Assembly: GCF_006345805.1 (NCBI RefSeq)
Contig: NC_042999.1
Location: 105,276,001-105,340,000 of the forward strand
Reading direction: 5' to 3'
Length of the DNA stretch: 64,000 bases
DNA from: Octopus sinensis
Lineage: Eukaryota
The position numbers were made by a program, and so were the translations under genes. This document shows, piece after piece, positions 13,955 to 25,059 of this stretch. Below the pieces are notes generated by a model. The model had not been told where the DNA came from and searched no databases. It saw only the letters and a list, made by a program, of their open reading frames with translations. How positions within the stretch are numbered: the stretch's first letter is position 1; each line of letters starts with the position of its first letter.

Positions 13955-16109
13955 ACACACACACACACATACACAGATACACACGCTCGTGGCATATGTT
14001 TGCTAAAAGCAACACCAATGTAATTTTGTAATTTTACTATTTATATCTTCAATATAACTCAGGCTGGATCTTATTCAGAACAGAGAAGAATGAAGTAAAT
14101 TCTCTCAGGCATTTCATCCATCACTGCTATTTTTGTTATTCTATTAAAGTGTACTAATACCAAAATGTTTCGTTATTCTGCAAGATTAACTCATAAGCAT
14201 TATATTTTTAATTTTAACTCTGCTTCAAACGATATGTTTTCTGACCATGTTCCTGTGTCCTATTTCTTTCTCATATGCTTGTATACATCAAAACATGCGT
14301 GTACATAAGCTATTTTTATTATTTTGCTTAGTCAAATACGCAATACTATTTTTAATGCAAGGATTGCAATACAATACTAGCTGAAAAATCATAAATTCTC
14401 TATCAGAAATGATTTAACTCATGGCCATGAGACATATTGCGGAAATACCGAGGCATTCAAGTTAGTATTCACTTCTCAAATGTGCACTATAACAGATATT
14501 TTTATCGCTGCTACGTTGTCTCAGTTTTATCTTTAACTACACAGAACATCAATGCTGCATCGAACATATCAACTTTATATAAATGTACTGCGAAAATAGT
14601 TGGACAAACGTGTGACCTACACAATCTAACACTTTTGTTGCCGGTGATTCAGAAAACATGAAATACATATACTGCACTTAAAACACTGCATATAAAAGTG
14701 TCACTACCTATTATACCTCATCATACACAAATATATAACACACGCAAATATATAACAAATAGAGAAAACTATTGGACAAAATAAAAGTATTGATATACAC
14801 ATGCATGATGTTTACCAGGTTCGATATACACATAGAAACATCCCATTTTCTTAGATATTATATTATTTGTATTATGCAATACATCGGTAATAACTTGGGT
14901 TCCAAATTCTCCACGTCAAGTAAGAGCAATTACAAGCGTCGAAAGTTAGGACACTTTCTATCATACAAAGCAGCCCATATCCCAGACTTATATATCCCCA
15001 TCAAGATGAAAAATATATATTGAAAACTGGAGTGAATCACCACAGCTAGCGCTTTGCTTGCACGATCACATCGTTGAAACGCCTAAGTAAACCTATAACG
15101 CCATAATCATATCGGATATTATTCTGAGAATAATGTCCTTTCACTTCAGTCCGGAAATAGACCAGAAACATTTGGAAAAATAGCAGCAGTGTATGCCAAC
15201 TCATTTGGTTAATATACTATAGTGGGATACGCACTACTAACACTCGTAATAAAATACAAATCGATACTGCCAATGTAAGAAACACATTCCAAAACATCCA
15301 CACAAAACCTTTAACTACATGTCGAGAGACGGAAGCAAACTCAACGTTATAGCTCATGTTGCTAGAAATAGCAACTAAATTTCCCTAAAATCACAATTTG
15401 TCGTCTTCAACAAAAAGGACAGTTTGCTTAAAGTCTAAGTAGATATTCTATACTTAAAGAAGAAATTACATGTTCAATACTATCGTTGGTTTAAGCAACA
15501 GATTTAGAAGCCACTACGTCACAATATCCTTTGTATGGCATCTAAAGTGGCAGAGACATACTACTTGTCGGATGGAAAATAAATTATAGAAAGTTATTTG
15601 GAAAGTCCACTCTCTTGCTTTAGGTTTCGTCAACAAAATAATGTAACAGCATAGATAGCACTAGCAGCAACAAAGGAAGACACTACTTATCACCAACATG
15701 TTATAGTCAACAATGCTCACTATGCTGTGAAGAAGAACTAATGCCCCTTATAGTAATTCATTATGAAAAAGTGAAAAATATTTTGTACTAATTTCATTGG
15801 GTTGTAGCCAAATATTGGGTCGTAGGTTCCTTTTACAAAATATATCTCAACATTGTTTGGTAAATTTCTTTTAGTTGTAATGCTTAAATGAAAAATACAA
15901 TACTTTTGTTTATAAGATTGTTTATAAGATTGTGATAAAGGAATGGCAAAATAGCTTAAATGGTCCAAGTAATATATTGATTAAAATTTTCAACTACTTG
16001 CCAAATTCGAGCCTGGAGCAATCTCTTCTCTCTTACACTATTTCAGTATTACGAGTGAAAAGTAAAACAATAAATATCTCTAGTGTAATTTGTAATCTGA
16101 GATAATACT

Positions 16110-16176
16110 TTCACTGTGTGTATATATATTTATATAAAAGTATATATATGTATATATATAATATATATATATATAT

Positions 16177-16228
<52 letters not shown>

Positions 16229-16248
16229 TATATATATTATATATATAA

Positions 16249-16335
<87 letters not shown>
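16110..16335. repeat. (TA)n microsatellite, interrupted
   Basis: Directly visible TA array. Similar arrays lie at 2215-2270, 2510-2627, 31095-31405, 33240-33305, 51900-51984 and elsewhere. Confidence 0.95.
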
Positions 16336-16337
<2 letters not shown>

Positions 16338-16483
16338 GTGAGTTATTTTTCTGAGTATGCATTGTCTGGAGACTTTTATTTGCAGTTGAAGAAATAGCCA
16401 AATTTTTGGCTGCTATTTCTGAAAAGTTCGGTGTGTGGTAAAGTGAATTCTTTTACTTTACCATATTTTTATAAATTAATACT

Positions 16484-16519
<36 letters not shown>

Positions 16520-16630
16520 ACATACAGAAACTGTGCCTAAAGCCAGCTGGAGACGATGTTCTCCTGGGGCTACAAGCTACAGTAACACCCACCCTTAGTG
16601 GTTAGCCATATTGAGATGGCAAATATCCCT

Positions 16631-16662
<32 letters not shown>

Positions 16663-16707
16663 CATATATACATATATATACTTTTATATATGTATGCATA
16701 ATGTGTG

Positions 16708-16744
<37 letters not shown>

Positions 16745-16746
16745 AT

Positions 16747-17426
16747 TATATAGAAGGAGCTTCTACAGGACTAGAACTGTTTCATTCAAGAGAAATCTTC
16801 AGGAAGCTAGTTAACAAGAATTGTATTGGCATTTATACATTTAGGCAGGTTTAAAGGGGTGTTGGTGGGGGTCTTTTTGGGGGTAGGCATAGCGCAAAAT
16901 ATCATACTTGGGGGAGTGGTCAAGGAGTCAGTGTTAAATTAGATAGAAGAATAAATGAAAAAATAAATAAAAAAAAATAAAAATCTATATATAAAAAAAA
17001 GGGGAATAGAGTTTTAGGTAAATAAGGAGATTCTCACTTATACCTATGCACACATGTATACATACATACACACACATACAAACATATATACATATACATA
17101 CACACATACATACACACACATATATACATACATATACACTTACACTTACACATACATATACATATCTACACATACACATATATGTATACATACACACACT
17201 CACATGCATACACGTATACACACATGTATATATACACACATGTATATATACACACACGACCACACATACATATACGCACAGAAAAATATATATACACATA
17301 CACACACATACTCACATACACGCATACACACACATATCCACACACACACATGCACACACAGCACACTAGTCCCTATATACACATATATACACATACACAC
17401 ACATATACACACAGATACATACATAT

Positions 17427-17468
<42 letters not shown>

Positions 17469-17875
17469 GTGTACCTATGCATACCTACACATACACACAT
17501 ATATAAACACATACAAATACAGACCCATTCCCTAATTTTAATTTTATTATCTTCGTTTATTACTTTTGTTATCTTTGGCCGCTTGGTCACAAACATCTTG
17601 GCTATGACAGCCAGTCCATTTATCTGTCTACTGGAAAACAAGCACTCATTCACTCACGCACACACTTTAGCACGTACACTCACTCATTCGTACACTCATA
17701 CACATACACGCACGCACGCGTTATATTCATACATACATACATCTACATACATTCACGTATATACACATACGTACGCGTACCTACAGATTCATGTCTACAC
17801 TCTTAGAAGGCTAGTCTATATATATACACCAATAAATATAAATACACACACATACATATACACCTACATACAAAT

Positions 17876-17923
<48 letters not shown>

Positions 17924-18428
17924 CATTCACATATATATACACATATATATATATACATATATATACACACACATACGCATACACACACATATACATATAT
18001 ATACACTACACGCACATACACATGTACATGCGTACCCATACACACACACACACGCGCGCATCCATATATACACATAAGTACACACATGCGTAAAAGTATA
18101 CATATATCTATGCTTACACATACACACACACACGCGCCTCCTTATATTCATACTTACATGCATACCTTCAGGAAGCAAGTTAACAAGAATTGTATTGGCA
18201 TTTATACATTTAGGCAGGTTTAAATGGGTGTTGGTGGGGGACTTTTTGGGGGTAGGCATAGCGCAAAATATCATACTTGGGGGAGTGGTCAAGGAGTCAG
18301 TGTTAAATTAGATAGAAGAATAAATAAAAAATAAAAAAAATAAAAAATAAAAAAAATCTATATATAAAAAAAAGGGGAAAAGAGTTTTAGGTAAATAAGG
18401 AGATTCTCACTTATACCTATGCACACAT
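16747..18428 (-). mobile_element. Non-coding PLE-type element, left part: HHR-bearing terminal repeat, CA/TA-rich body, and start of a second tandem unit
   Basis: 16797-17056 is repeated directly at 18166-18428. The body 17046-17770 recurs at 24056-24755. No ORF. PLE affiliation is inferred from the minimal HHR and the pLTR-like direct and inverted repeats. Confidence 0.7.
16758..16808 (-). ncRNA. Minimal type I hammerhead ribozyme
   Basis: Minus strand: AGCTTC-CTGAAGA-TTTCTCTTGAAT-GAAA-CAG ttctagtc CTG-TA/GAAGCT. Stem I is 6 bp, the core is intact, stem III is closed, and stem II is short with a U-U first pair. Confidence 0.75.
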
Positions 18429-18508
18429 CCTTAAATCCTTAAATCCTTAAAAATGTTTTAGCCCGAAGGCCGCGGCCATGCTGGGGCACCACCGCTGAAT
18501 GAGCTACA

Positions 18509-21500
18509 CTAGTTTGTGAATCCACCTCTGATACGTGGCACTTGATCAACAAGGGAGTTCGATGCTGCTGCCCGCATCCGTGTCTCCTGTCGTGAGGTAG
18601 GTTCATCTGGGACTCCCAACAAGAAGAGATCCAGTTTAGTTTTAAAGAAACCCACATCCACACCATGTAAGTCTCTCAGGCATTTAGGGAGGATGTTAAA
18701 GAGCTGTGGTCCTCTGAAACTCAAGCTGTTGCAGTATCTGGACCTGTATTTTGATGGTGATGTTGGAATCCTTGGCACCACGCAGCGGCGCCCCGTTCTG
18801 CGGTTGGAGTAACTTTGAATGCCAAAGTTTGGGACAAGACCCTCCAGGATTTTCCAGATGTATATCACTGCATATCTCTCCCGCCTCCGCTCCAGGGAGA
18901 AGAGGTTTAATACCTTCAGTCTTTCCCAGTAGCTGACATTTTGCATTGAGACGATTTTCTTTGTGTAGCTTCTCTGAGTTGCTTCGAGTTCTGCTGTTTG
19001 TTTTATATTGTGTGGTGACCAAAGTTGGGAGCAGTAGTCCAAGCGGCTGAGGACAAATGTTTTCCATAGGACCATCAGTGTCTCCTTCTCTCTTGTTCTG
19101 AAAGTTCGGAGAATCCATCCAGCTAGCCGTCTGCATTTTATCACCAGATTAGCAATATGCATTTGGAAAGATGCATCATTGCTCATGTCAATGCCCAGGT
19201 CACGCACTGATTTTGACTCAGGGATTGCAATTCTTCCTGGGCCAGTGTATCCAGTCTTCACGTCATTTACCTTTGTGTGCCAGTAGCGCAGGGCCTGGAA
19301 CTTACCTGCATTAAACTGCATGTTGTTGTCCTCAGCCCACCTGTATATTGTGTCCAGCTCATGTTGCAGATGCGCAATATTTTCAGGGTTTTGTATTGCG
19401 TGGGAGACTTTTGTGTCATCTGCATAGCTAGCAAGGGTGGTCATCGTAGCAACTGAAGGCATGTCTGAAAGGGCCACTATGAACATCAGTGGCCCCAAGA
19501 CAGTGCCCTGTGGGACACCGCTGTTATTTGCGTTTCCCTGGAGGTGGCTCCATTGCTCACAACTGCCTGTTTTCTGTCTTTTAGGAAGTTGTGCAGCCAC
19601 TCTCCAAGTTTCCCGCCTATGCCGAGACCACGCAGTTTGTGACAGATCATACCATGGTCGACTTTATCAAAGGCTTTTGCAAAGTCAAGATATATTACAT
19701 CCACATTTGAGCCATTTAGTAGCTGTTTCAACACCCAGTCATAGTGTTGCAGGAGCTGTGTTAGGCAGCCTCTACCTGGTCGAAATCCATGCTGGGTGTC
19801 AGACAGTAAGTCATTTTCTTCAAGGAACATGATTAGTTTCTTACGGACTATTCGTTCCATGACTTTGCTGATGTGTGAGGTCAGAGAGATAGGCCTATAA
19901 TTTTTAGCATCTGCTCTGCTACCTCCCTTATGGATAGGGCATATTACCCCCTCTTTCAGTTTGACTGGGAGCTTACCACTTGCAAGAAAGCTCTGAAAAA
20001 GAAGCTGTAGCGGTTTTGCAAGGGCTCGTTTGCACGATTTGAGAAGGATCGCTGGGAATCCATCAGGTCCAGCAGCTGAGTTTGTGTCAATCTCATCAAT
20101 GGCTAGTGTGATATCATCTTCTTCGATGTTGATGTACTCAATTTTTGTCTCTTTGGTCGCTGGTAAAGTGGCAAAGAATTCTTCTGGGTTGTTTACTTGC
20201 CTGTGTCCTAGAGGTGTAGTGAACACACTTTGGAACTGTTCATTCAGTATTTCACTTATCCTCGTGGGATTTCCTGTGAGAGAGCCATCTTTTTGGAAGA
20301 GAGGTCCTATTCTCTGGTGCACTGTGGCTGTCTCTTTGGCAAACTTAAAGAAAGCTTTAGGGTTTGATTTTATATTTTCTATTACCCAAGCTTCTTTATC
20401 TGCTCTCTCCTTTTCATGGGACTGATGTAGATTTTCTCAGTTTCCATTAGCATTCTTTCGAGCCGAGACTTCTCACCACTTTTGGTGTGCTTGCTCAGGC
20501 GGTTTGCAATCCTTGTCCGTCGTCTCATAAGAATCCTCCTTTCTCTAGGGATCCTGTTTTTGTTCTTGTGTGTGCTGGCCCTGCACATTGGGACATATTT
20601 GTCACATATGGCTTGTATTATGGACATGAAGTGTTTGTGTTTCATGTTTATGTCCGGTGTGGAGAGACATTCAGGCCAATCCTGTTTGAGGATCTCTTTC
20701 TCAATCGACTTCCAGTTGGCTTTATGAAAGTTTAAGTTGGAGAGATGGTGGGTGCTTCGTATAGGCTGTGTGTCTGCGGGGGCTTTTGTTCCATACATAG
20801 ACAGCTCTATTATGTTGTGATCCGAGATCATTGTCGGCATCACATTAACATTATGGATAATATCCATATTGTTTGTAAAGCAGAGATCCAGTATATTATC
20901 TGCCCTTGTTGGTTGCAGAACTATTTGCTCCATGAAAGAGGTATTTGTGAGATGGAGCAGGGACTCCACCTGTGCCTGCTGATGGTGTGTCATCCCTGGG
21001 AGCATCTGCCCCCCAGGCCATTCCACATTGGGGAGGTTAAAGTCACCCATGAAGAATACACTGTTGTGCTGTTCAAGGTTGGTGAGGACTCCTCCTATTT
21101 TTGTTAGGCAGTCTTCAAACATGCCTGAGTGTTTTGGGGCGTCTGGTGGGCGATATGTAGTGCATATGACGATATTCAGTTGTCTTATGTGTACAATTTG
21201 AGTTTCACATACTGAGTTTGAATATGACAGCAGGACCTGGGGCGTGAGGTCATCTCGGATGTACATTGCAACTCCACCATGGCTCCTCCCTTTCCTATCT
21301 GTGCGTATGACTGCATATTGCGGCATGTGTATTTCTGCATCACCTATATCGGGTTCAAGATGCGTTTCTGTGAGTGCCATGCATATAGCTTGATTGCATG
21401 TCACAAGGTCTCTCAGGAATGAAATTTTCTTTTTACAGTTTCCGCGCAGCAGCCCTCCTACATTCAGTAGAAATATTTTTGTGGTGTGTGTGTTGGTGTT

Positions 21501-21518
21501 GGTGTCTGTGGTGGCCAT
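18509..21518 (-). pseudogene. LINE ORF2: APE endonuclease plus reverse transcriptase, broken by two 1-nt deletions
   Basis: EN motifs LLNVGGL, LTETHL, GDFNLP, ILDLCFTN, SDHN; RT motifs NYRPISLTS, DFAKAFDKVDH, GVPQGTVLGP, YADD, LFSLERRR. Restoring 1 nt at about 20425 and about 19520 gives one 1003-aa ORF from the ATG at 21518. Confidence 0.95.
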
Positions 21519-22360
21519 CCTGCATCTGTTGGAGGTGGCCTTATGTGGTGGTAGTTCCAGCTTTGTGCTTGTAGCCAGGTTAGCTGCTGAACAATTTTTT
21601 GTGCCATGCACAAAAAAGACTGCTGTTCAGCTGCCGCCCTTCTCACATCTGGGTGAAGCTGGCCACCTGTTGGGTTTCCGCGCACCACATCTGCATACCG
21701 TCTTTCAGTAGTGGTCAGTGCGCTTTTTTCCCTTCTTTTAACTTTTTGTTTTTGTTCTCCCTGAGGGAGGGACCTCTGTCTCGCGTCCGTGCGGTTTTGG
21801 TAGGGCCTCCGATGTGCAAAGCGACATTTTGCACCTTCAACGCCGTACCAGCAGTCCCCCCTCAGGTAGAATTTGCAGGTGTTTCTTTCCCTGCCCTTAC
21901 AGTTTTTGCTGGGGTCCCTCTGCTTTCTCTGGGCAGGGCTTCCGTTAGCCTTGATTCTGTCACCCTTTACCTCCTGCTTCCCATCAATTCCAGGGTGCCT
22001 TTCCTTTCTTGCGGCCATCGCACCTCTTTGGTCTTCAGTTGTGGTGTTGGAAGCTGGACATGTGTCATCGTTTCCCTGTGTTCCAGGCTTCTCCATTTGG
22101 CTCTGGATGCTTTCCTCATCCTTTTGGCCCTCCCTGCTGCCGTCACCTCCCAGGATGATGTCCAGGGTGTCCATATGTTGCCTGATTAGAGCGTACGAAC
22201 GGATAACTTCTCTCTTCTTTCGCTCTATCTGGGCGGTGGTTCTCGAAAAATTGTTGCTTTTCAGCGCCGCAGCAATAATGTCGTTCGGCGAGTCGTCCTC
22301 AGCGATCTTCCAAGCGCGGACGAACAATTGCACCTCTCTCGCAGACCAGTTTCTTGCCAT
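21464..22360 (-). CDS. LINE ORF1 (298 aa) with an N-terminal Myb/SANT-like segment and a CCCH zinc finger
   Basis: Open 298-aa ORF with strong start context (AAGAAAATGG). CKFYLRGDCWYGVEGAKCRFAH lies at 21812-21877. It overlaps the ORF2 start by 55 nt. Confidence 0.85.
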   Translation of the reverse strand: MARNWSAREVQLFVRAWKIAEDDSPNDIIAAALKSNNFSRTTAQIERKKREVIRSYALIRQHMDTLDIILGGDGSREGQKDEESIQSQMEKPGTQGNDDTCPASNTTTEDQRGAMAARKERHPGIDGKQEVKGDRIKANGSPAQRKQRDPSKNCKGRERNTCKFYLRGDCWYGVEGAKCRFAHRRPYQNRTDARQRSLPQGEQKQKVKRREKSALTTTERRYADVVRGNPTGGQLHPDVRRAAAEQQSFLCMAQKIVQQLTWLQAQSWNYHHIRPPPTDAGWPPQTPTPTHTPQKYFY

Positions 22361-22366
22361 TTTCTT

Positions 22367-23545
22367 CTAGTGAAATATAGGAACAGAGAGAGAGATAGAG
22401 AAGGAGAGATATGGAGAGGGAGAAGAGAAAGGAGAAAAGCCAGGGGGGGATAGAGAGAGAGACGAGGGGATTTTCCTGAGAGAAGAGAGAAAGAGAGAAA
22501 ATAAGAGGGAAAAAAGAGAAAGGTGAGAGAATGGCAGGTCAGCAGGGGGAGAGTGAGCGGGATAGAGGTGTAGTAGAAAGGGACAGGGTGGAAAAGTGAG
22601 ACAAGAGGGTGGACCCTAGGGGGGGCAGGGAGAAGAAAGGCGGAGAGATAAAATGGAGAGGAAGAGAGAGATGAAATGGAGAGGGAGAGAGAGAGAGGGC
22701 AGGATAGAGGTACCAGGGAGTGAAGTAAAGGGACAGAGAGGGTGGTGTGGGGAGGAAGGAGACAGAGAGAGGAAAAAAGAGACAGGGGGTGGTGAGCCTT
22801 AGAGGGAACAGGGAGAGGAAAGGTAGGAAGAAAAAAGGGGGGAAGAGGAAGAGAGGGGGCGCAACAGAGTGTAGTAAAGGACAGGAGGGTGGTGGTGTAG
22901 AGAAAGAAATAAGGGGACAGAAGGGGAAGAGGAAAAGGGGTTTGACCTGTGAAGGAGCGGAGAGGAAAGAGGCAGAGAGAGGGAGGGGGAGTAACAGAGA
23001 GAGAGAGAGAGAAAGAGGGCGGTATATAGATACAAGAGAGAATGAGTGAAGTTGAGGAACTGAGAGAGGGGATGAGGTGAGAGAAAGTTGATCTGAGAGA
23101 GATGCAGAAAGAGAACGATTGCAGAGGGAGAGAGGGAGGAGGGGAGAGTGAGAGCGGAAATAGAGGGTCTGGTGGATGGGGAGACAGATAAGGTATAAAC
23201 TGTATGAGAGAGATAGAAATAGAAATGTAAGAAAGAGAGGGAGAGATTATAAAGATAGAATATCGCGTATTTTTATATCTTTTTAATTATTATTTTCTGT
23301 TTGAAAGAACACTAATGATAACAAATAATAAAAATGTATGAGAGAGATAGAAATAGAAATGTAAAAAAGAGAAAGAGAGAGTGCGTGGCAGGCACGAAAT
23401 TATAAAGATTATAAAGATAGAATACCGCGTATTTTTATATCTTTTTTTTTTTTTTTTTTTTTTTTAATTATTTTCTGTTTGAAAGAACACTAATGATAAC
23501 AAGATAAATAATATCTTACCTTACCGGCTGAGAGAGAGTACTTAC
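22367..23545 (-). other. Predicted spliceosomal intron in the LINE 5' UTR
   Basis: Donor-like sites CAC/GTAAGT (23545), CG/GTAAGG (23524) and AAG/GTAAGA (23519); about 850 nt of CT-rich sense strand ending TTTCACTAG/ six nt before the ORF1 ATG. Confidence 0.55.
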
Positions 23546-24045
23546 GTGATTCCTTTTTATAAGAAAGGAAGATAGATAGACAAGACAGACCTTTTATATT
23601 CCTCCCCAAGCGCACTTTGTAAACAAAAGGGGTTTGAGTTTCGATTTAGCACATGCAACAGTTTCACGATACTTTCTATATTTTCCTAAGCGATTTGGTA
23701 TTAAGCAGCAAATTTTTCAGAGGCTTTTTTCAGAACACGCAGATATACATCAAAACGAAAATATCCTTCTCAAAAATACTGTGTCTTGTTGATTCACAGA
23801 CGAAGAATAAAATTCACTTCGATTTCGGGAAGTAACACACGTGCGTTTTAACACGTGTATTCGCGAGTATGTTCTAGTTGCAAATACTACATCAAAAGCG
23901 AAAATATTCTTCTCAAATACAGTGACTTGTTGTACTATCACTTATATTCGCTTTGCAGACAATTTCGCTTCTGATAACATCGATCTCTGGAAGGACTTCT
24001 TTAATATTTAGGAGAGACACGTTAACACACTTGTTGTTAGTTCAG

Positions 24046-24055
24046 CGCCATCTTG
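24046..24055 (-). promoter_or_regulatory. YY1-type motif CAAGATGGCG at the LINE 5' terminus (putative internal promoter/initiator)
   Basis: The motif lies exactly at the inferred 5' junction. An analogous CAAGATGGC YY1 site is known at the L1 5' end. Confidence 0.5.
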
Positions 24056-24830
24056 TATACATACATACACACACATACAAACATATATACATATACATAC
24101 ACACATACACACTCATATATATACATATATATACACTTACACATACATATACATATCTACACATACACATATATGTATACATACACACACTCACATGCAT
24201 ACACGTATACACACATGTATATATACACACACGACCACACATACATATACGCACAGAAAAATATATATACACATACACACACATACTCACATACACGCAT
24301 ACACACACATATCCACACACACACATGCACACACAGCACACTAGTCCCTATATACACATATATACACATACACACGCATATACACACACATACATACATA
24401 TACATACATGTATATATATATATACATATATACATATGTGTACCTATGCATACCTACACATACACACATATATATACACATACAAATACAGACCCATTCC
24501 CTAATTTTAATTTTATTATCTTCGTTTATTACTTTTGTTATCTTTGGCCGCTTGGTCACAAACATCTTGGCTATGACAGCCAGTCCATTTATCTGTCTAC
24601 TGGAAAACAAGCACTCATTCACTCACGCACACTCTTTAGCACGTACACTCACTCATTCGTACACTCATACACATACACGCACGCACGCGTTATATTCATA
24701 CATACATACATCTACATACATTCACGTATATACACATACGTACGTATATACACATAATCTTGTTAACTAGCTTCCTGAAGATTTCTCTTGAATGAAACAG
24801 TTCTAGTCATGTAGAAGCTCCTTCTATATA
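24056..24830. mobile_element. Right part of the PLE-type element: rest of unit 2 and an inverted HHR-bearing terminal repeat
   Basis: 24056-24755 is near-identical to 17046-17770; 24758-24830 is the reverse complement of 16747-16819. Confidence 0.75.
24769..24819 (+). ncRNA. Minimal type I hammerhead ribozyme (inverted copy of 16758-16808)
   Basis: AGCTTC-CTGAAGA-TTTCTCTTGAAT-GAAACAG..CATGTA/GAAGCT; one C>A change shortens stem III. Confidence 0.7.
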
Positions 24831-24905
24831 ATAAATTAATTTTACTCTGCTATGTATTGAGTACCTTATTTACTGTGGTTAACCCCGAATCAACCCGGGA
24901 CCTAC

Positions 24906-24939
<34 letters not shown>

Positions 24940-25011
24940 CTAAATGAAAACTTTTTTCGTAATGGGATAAAAAAATCAAGGCTGTGTAGATTTTAAAGCA
25001 TTTATAGATAG

Positions 25012-25059
25012 GTCTTACAGCTGTTTCCAGGATATTTATTATATCCCTTCATCGAAGAC
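25012..25059 (-). ncRNA. Degenerate hammerhead ribozyme (core reads TCGATGA)
   Basis: GTCT-TCGATGA-AGGGATAT aataa ATATCCTG-GAAACAGCTGT-A/AGAC. The stems and palindromic stem III are intact, but the first two core bases are swapped. Confidence 0.6.

Larger units (their letters stand above)
18429..24055 (-). mobile_element. Full-length (5.6 kb) CR1/Jockey-group LINE
   Basis: ORF1 plus EN-RT ORF2; 3' tail of the 8-mer (ATTTAAGG)n at 18429-18450; 5' end CAAGATGGCG. The host sequence interrupted at 18428 (..ATGCACACAT) resumes at about 24056 (TATACATACATACACAC), judged against the uninterrupted unit at 17046. No target-site duplication is visible. Confidence 0.92.

Noticed and set aside
17046-18292. 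Many 60-234 aa ORFs rich in Y/I/H/T or C/V/M here and elsewhere
   Set aside because: They are translations of (CA)n, (TA)n and (CATA)n microsatellites.
22747-23049. R/K/E/G-rich 100-aa ORF
   Set aside because: It is a translation of the GA-rich tract on the antisense strand of the LINE 5' UTR.
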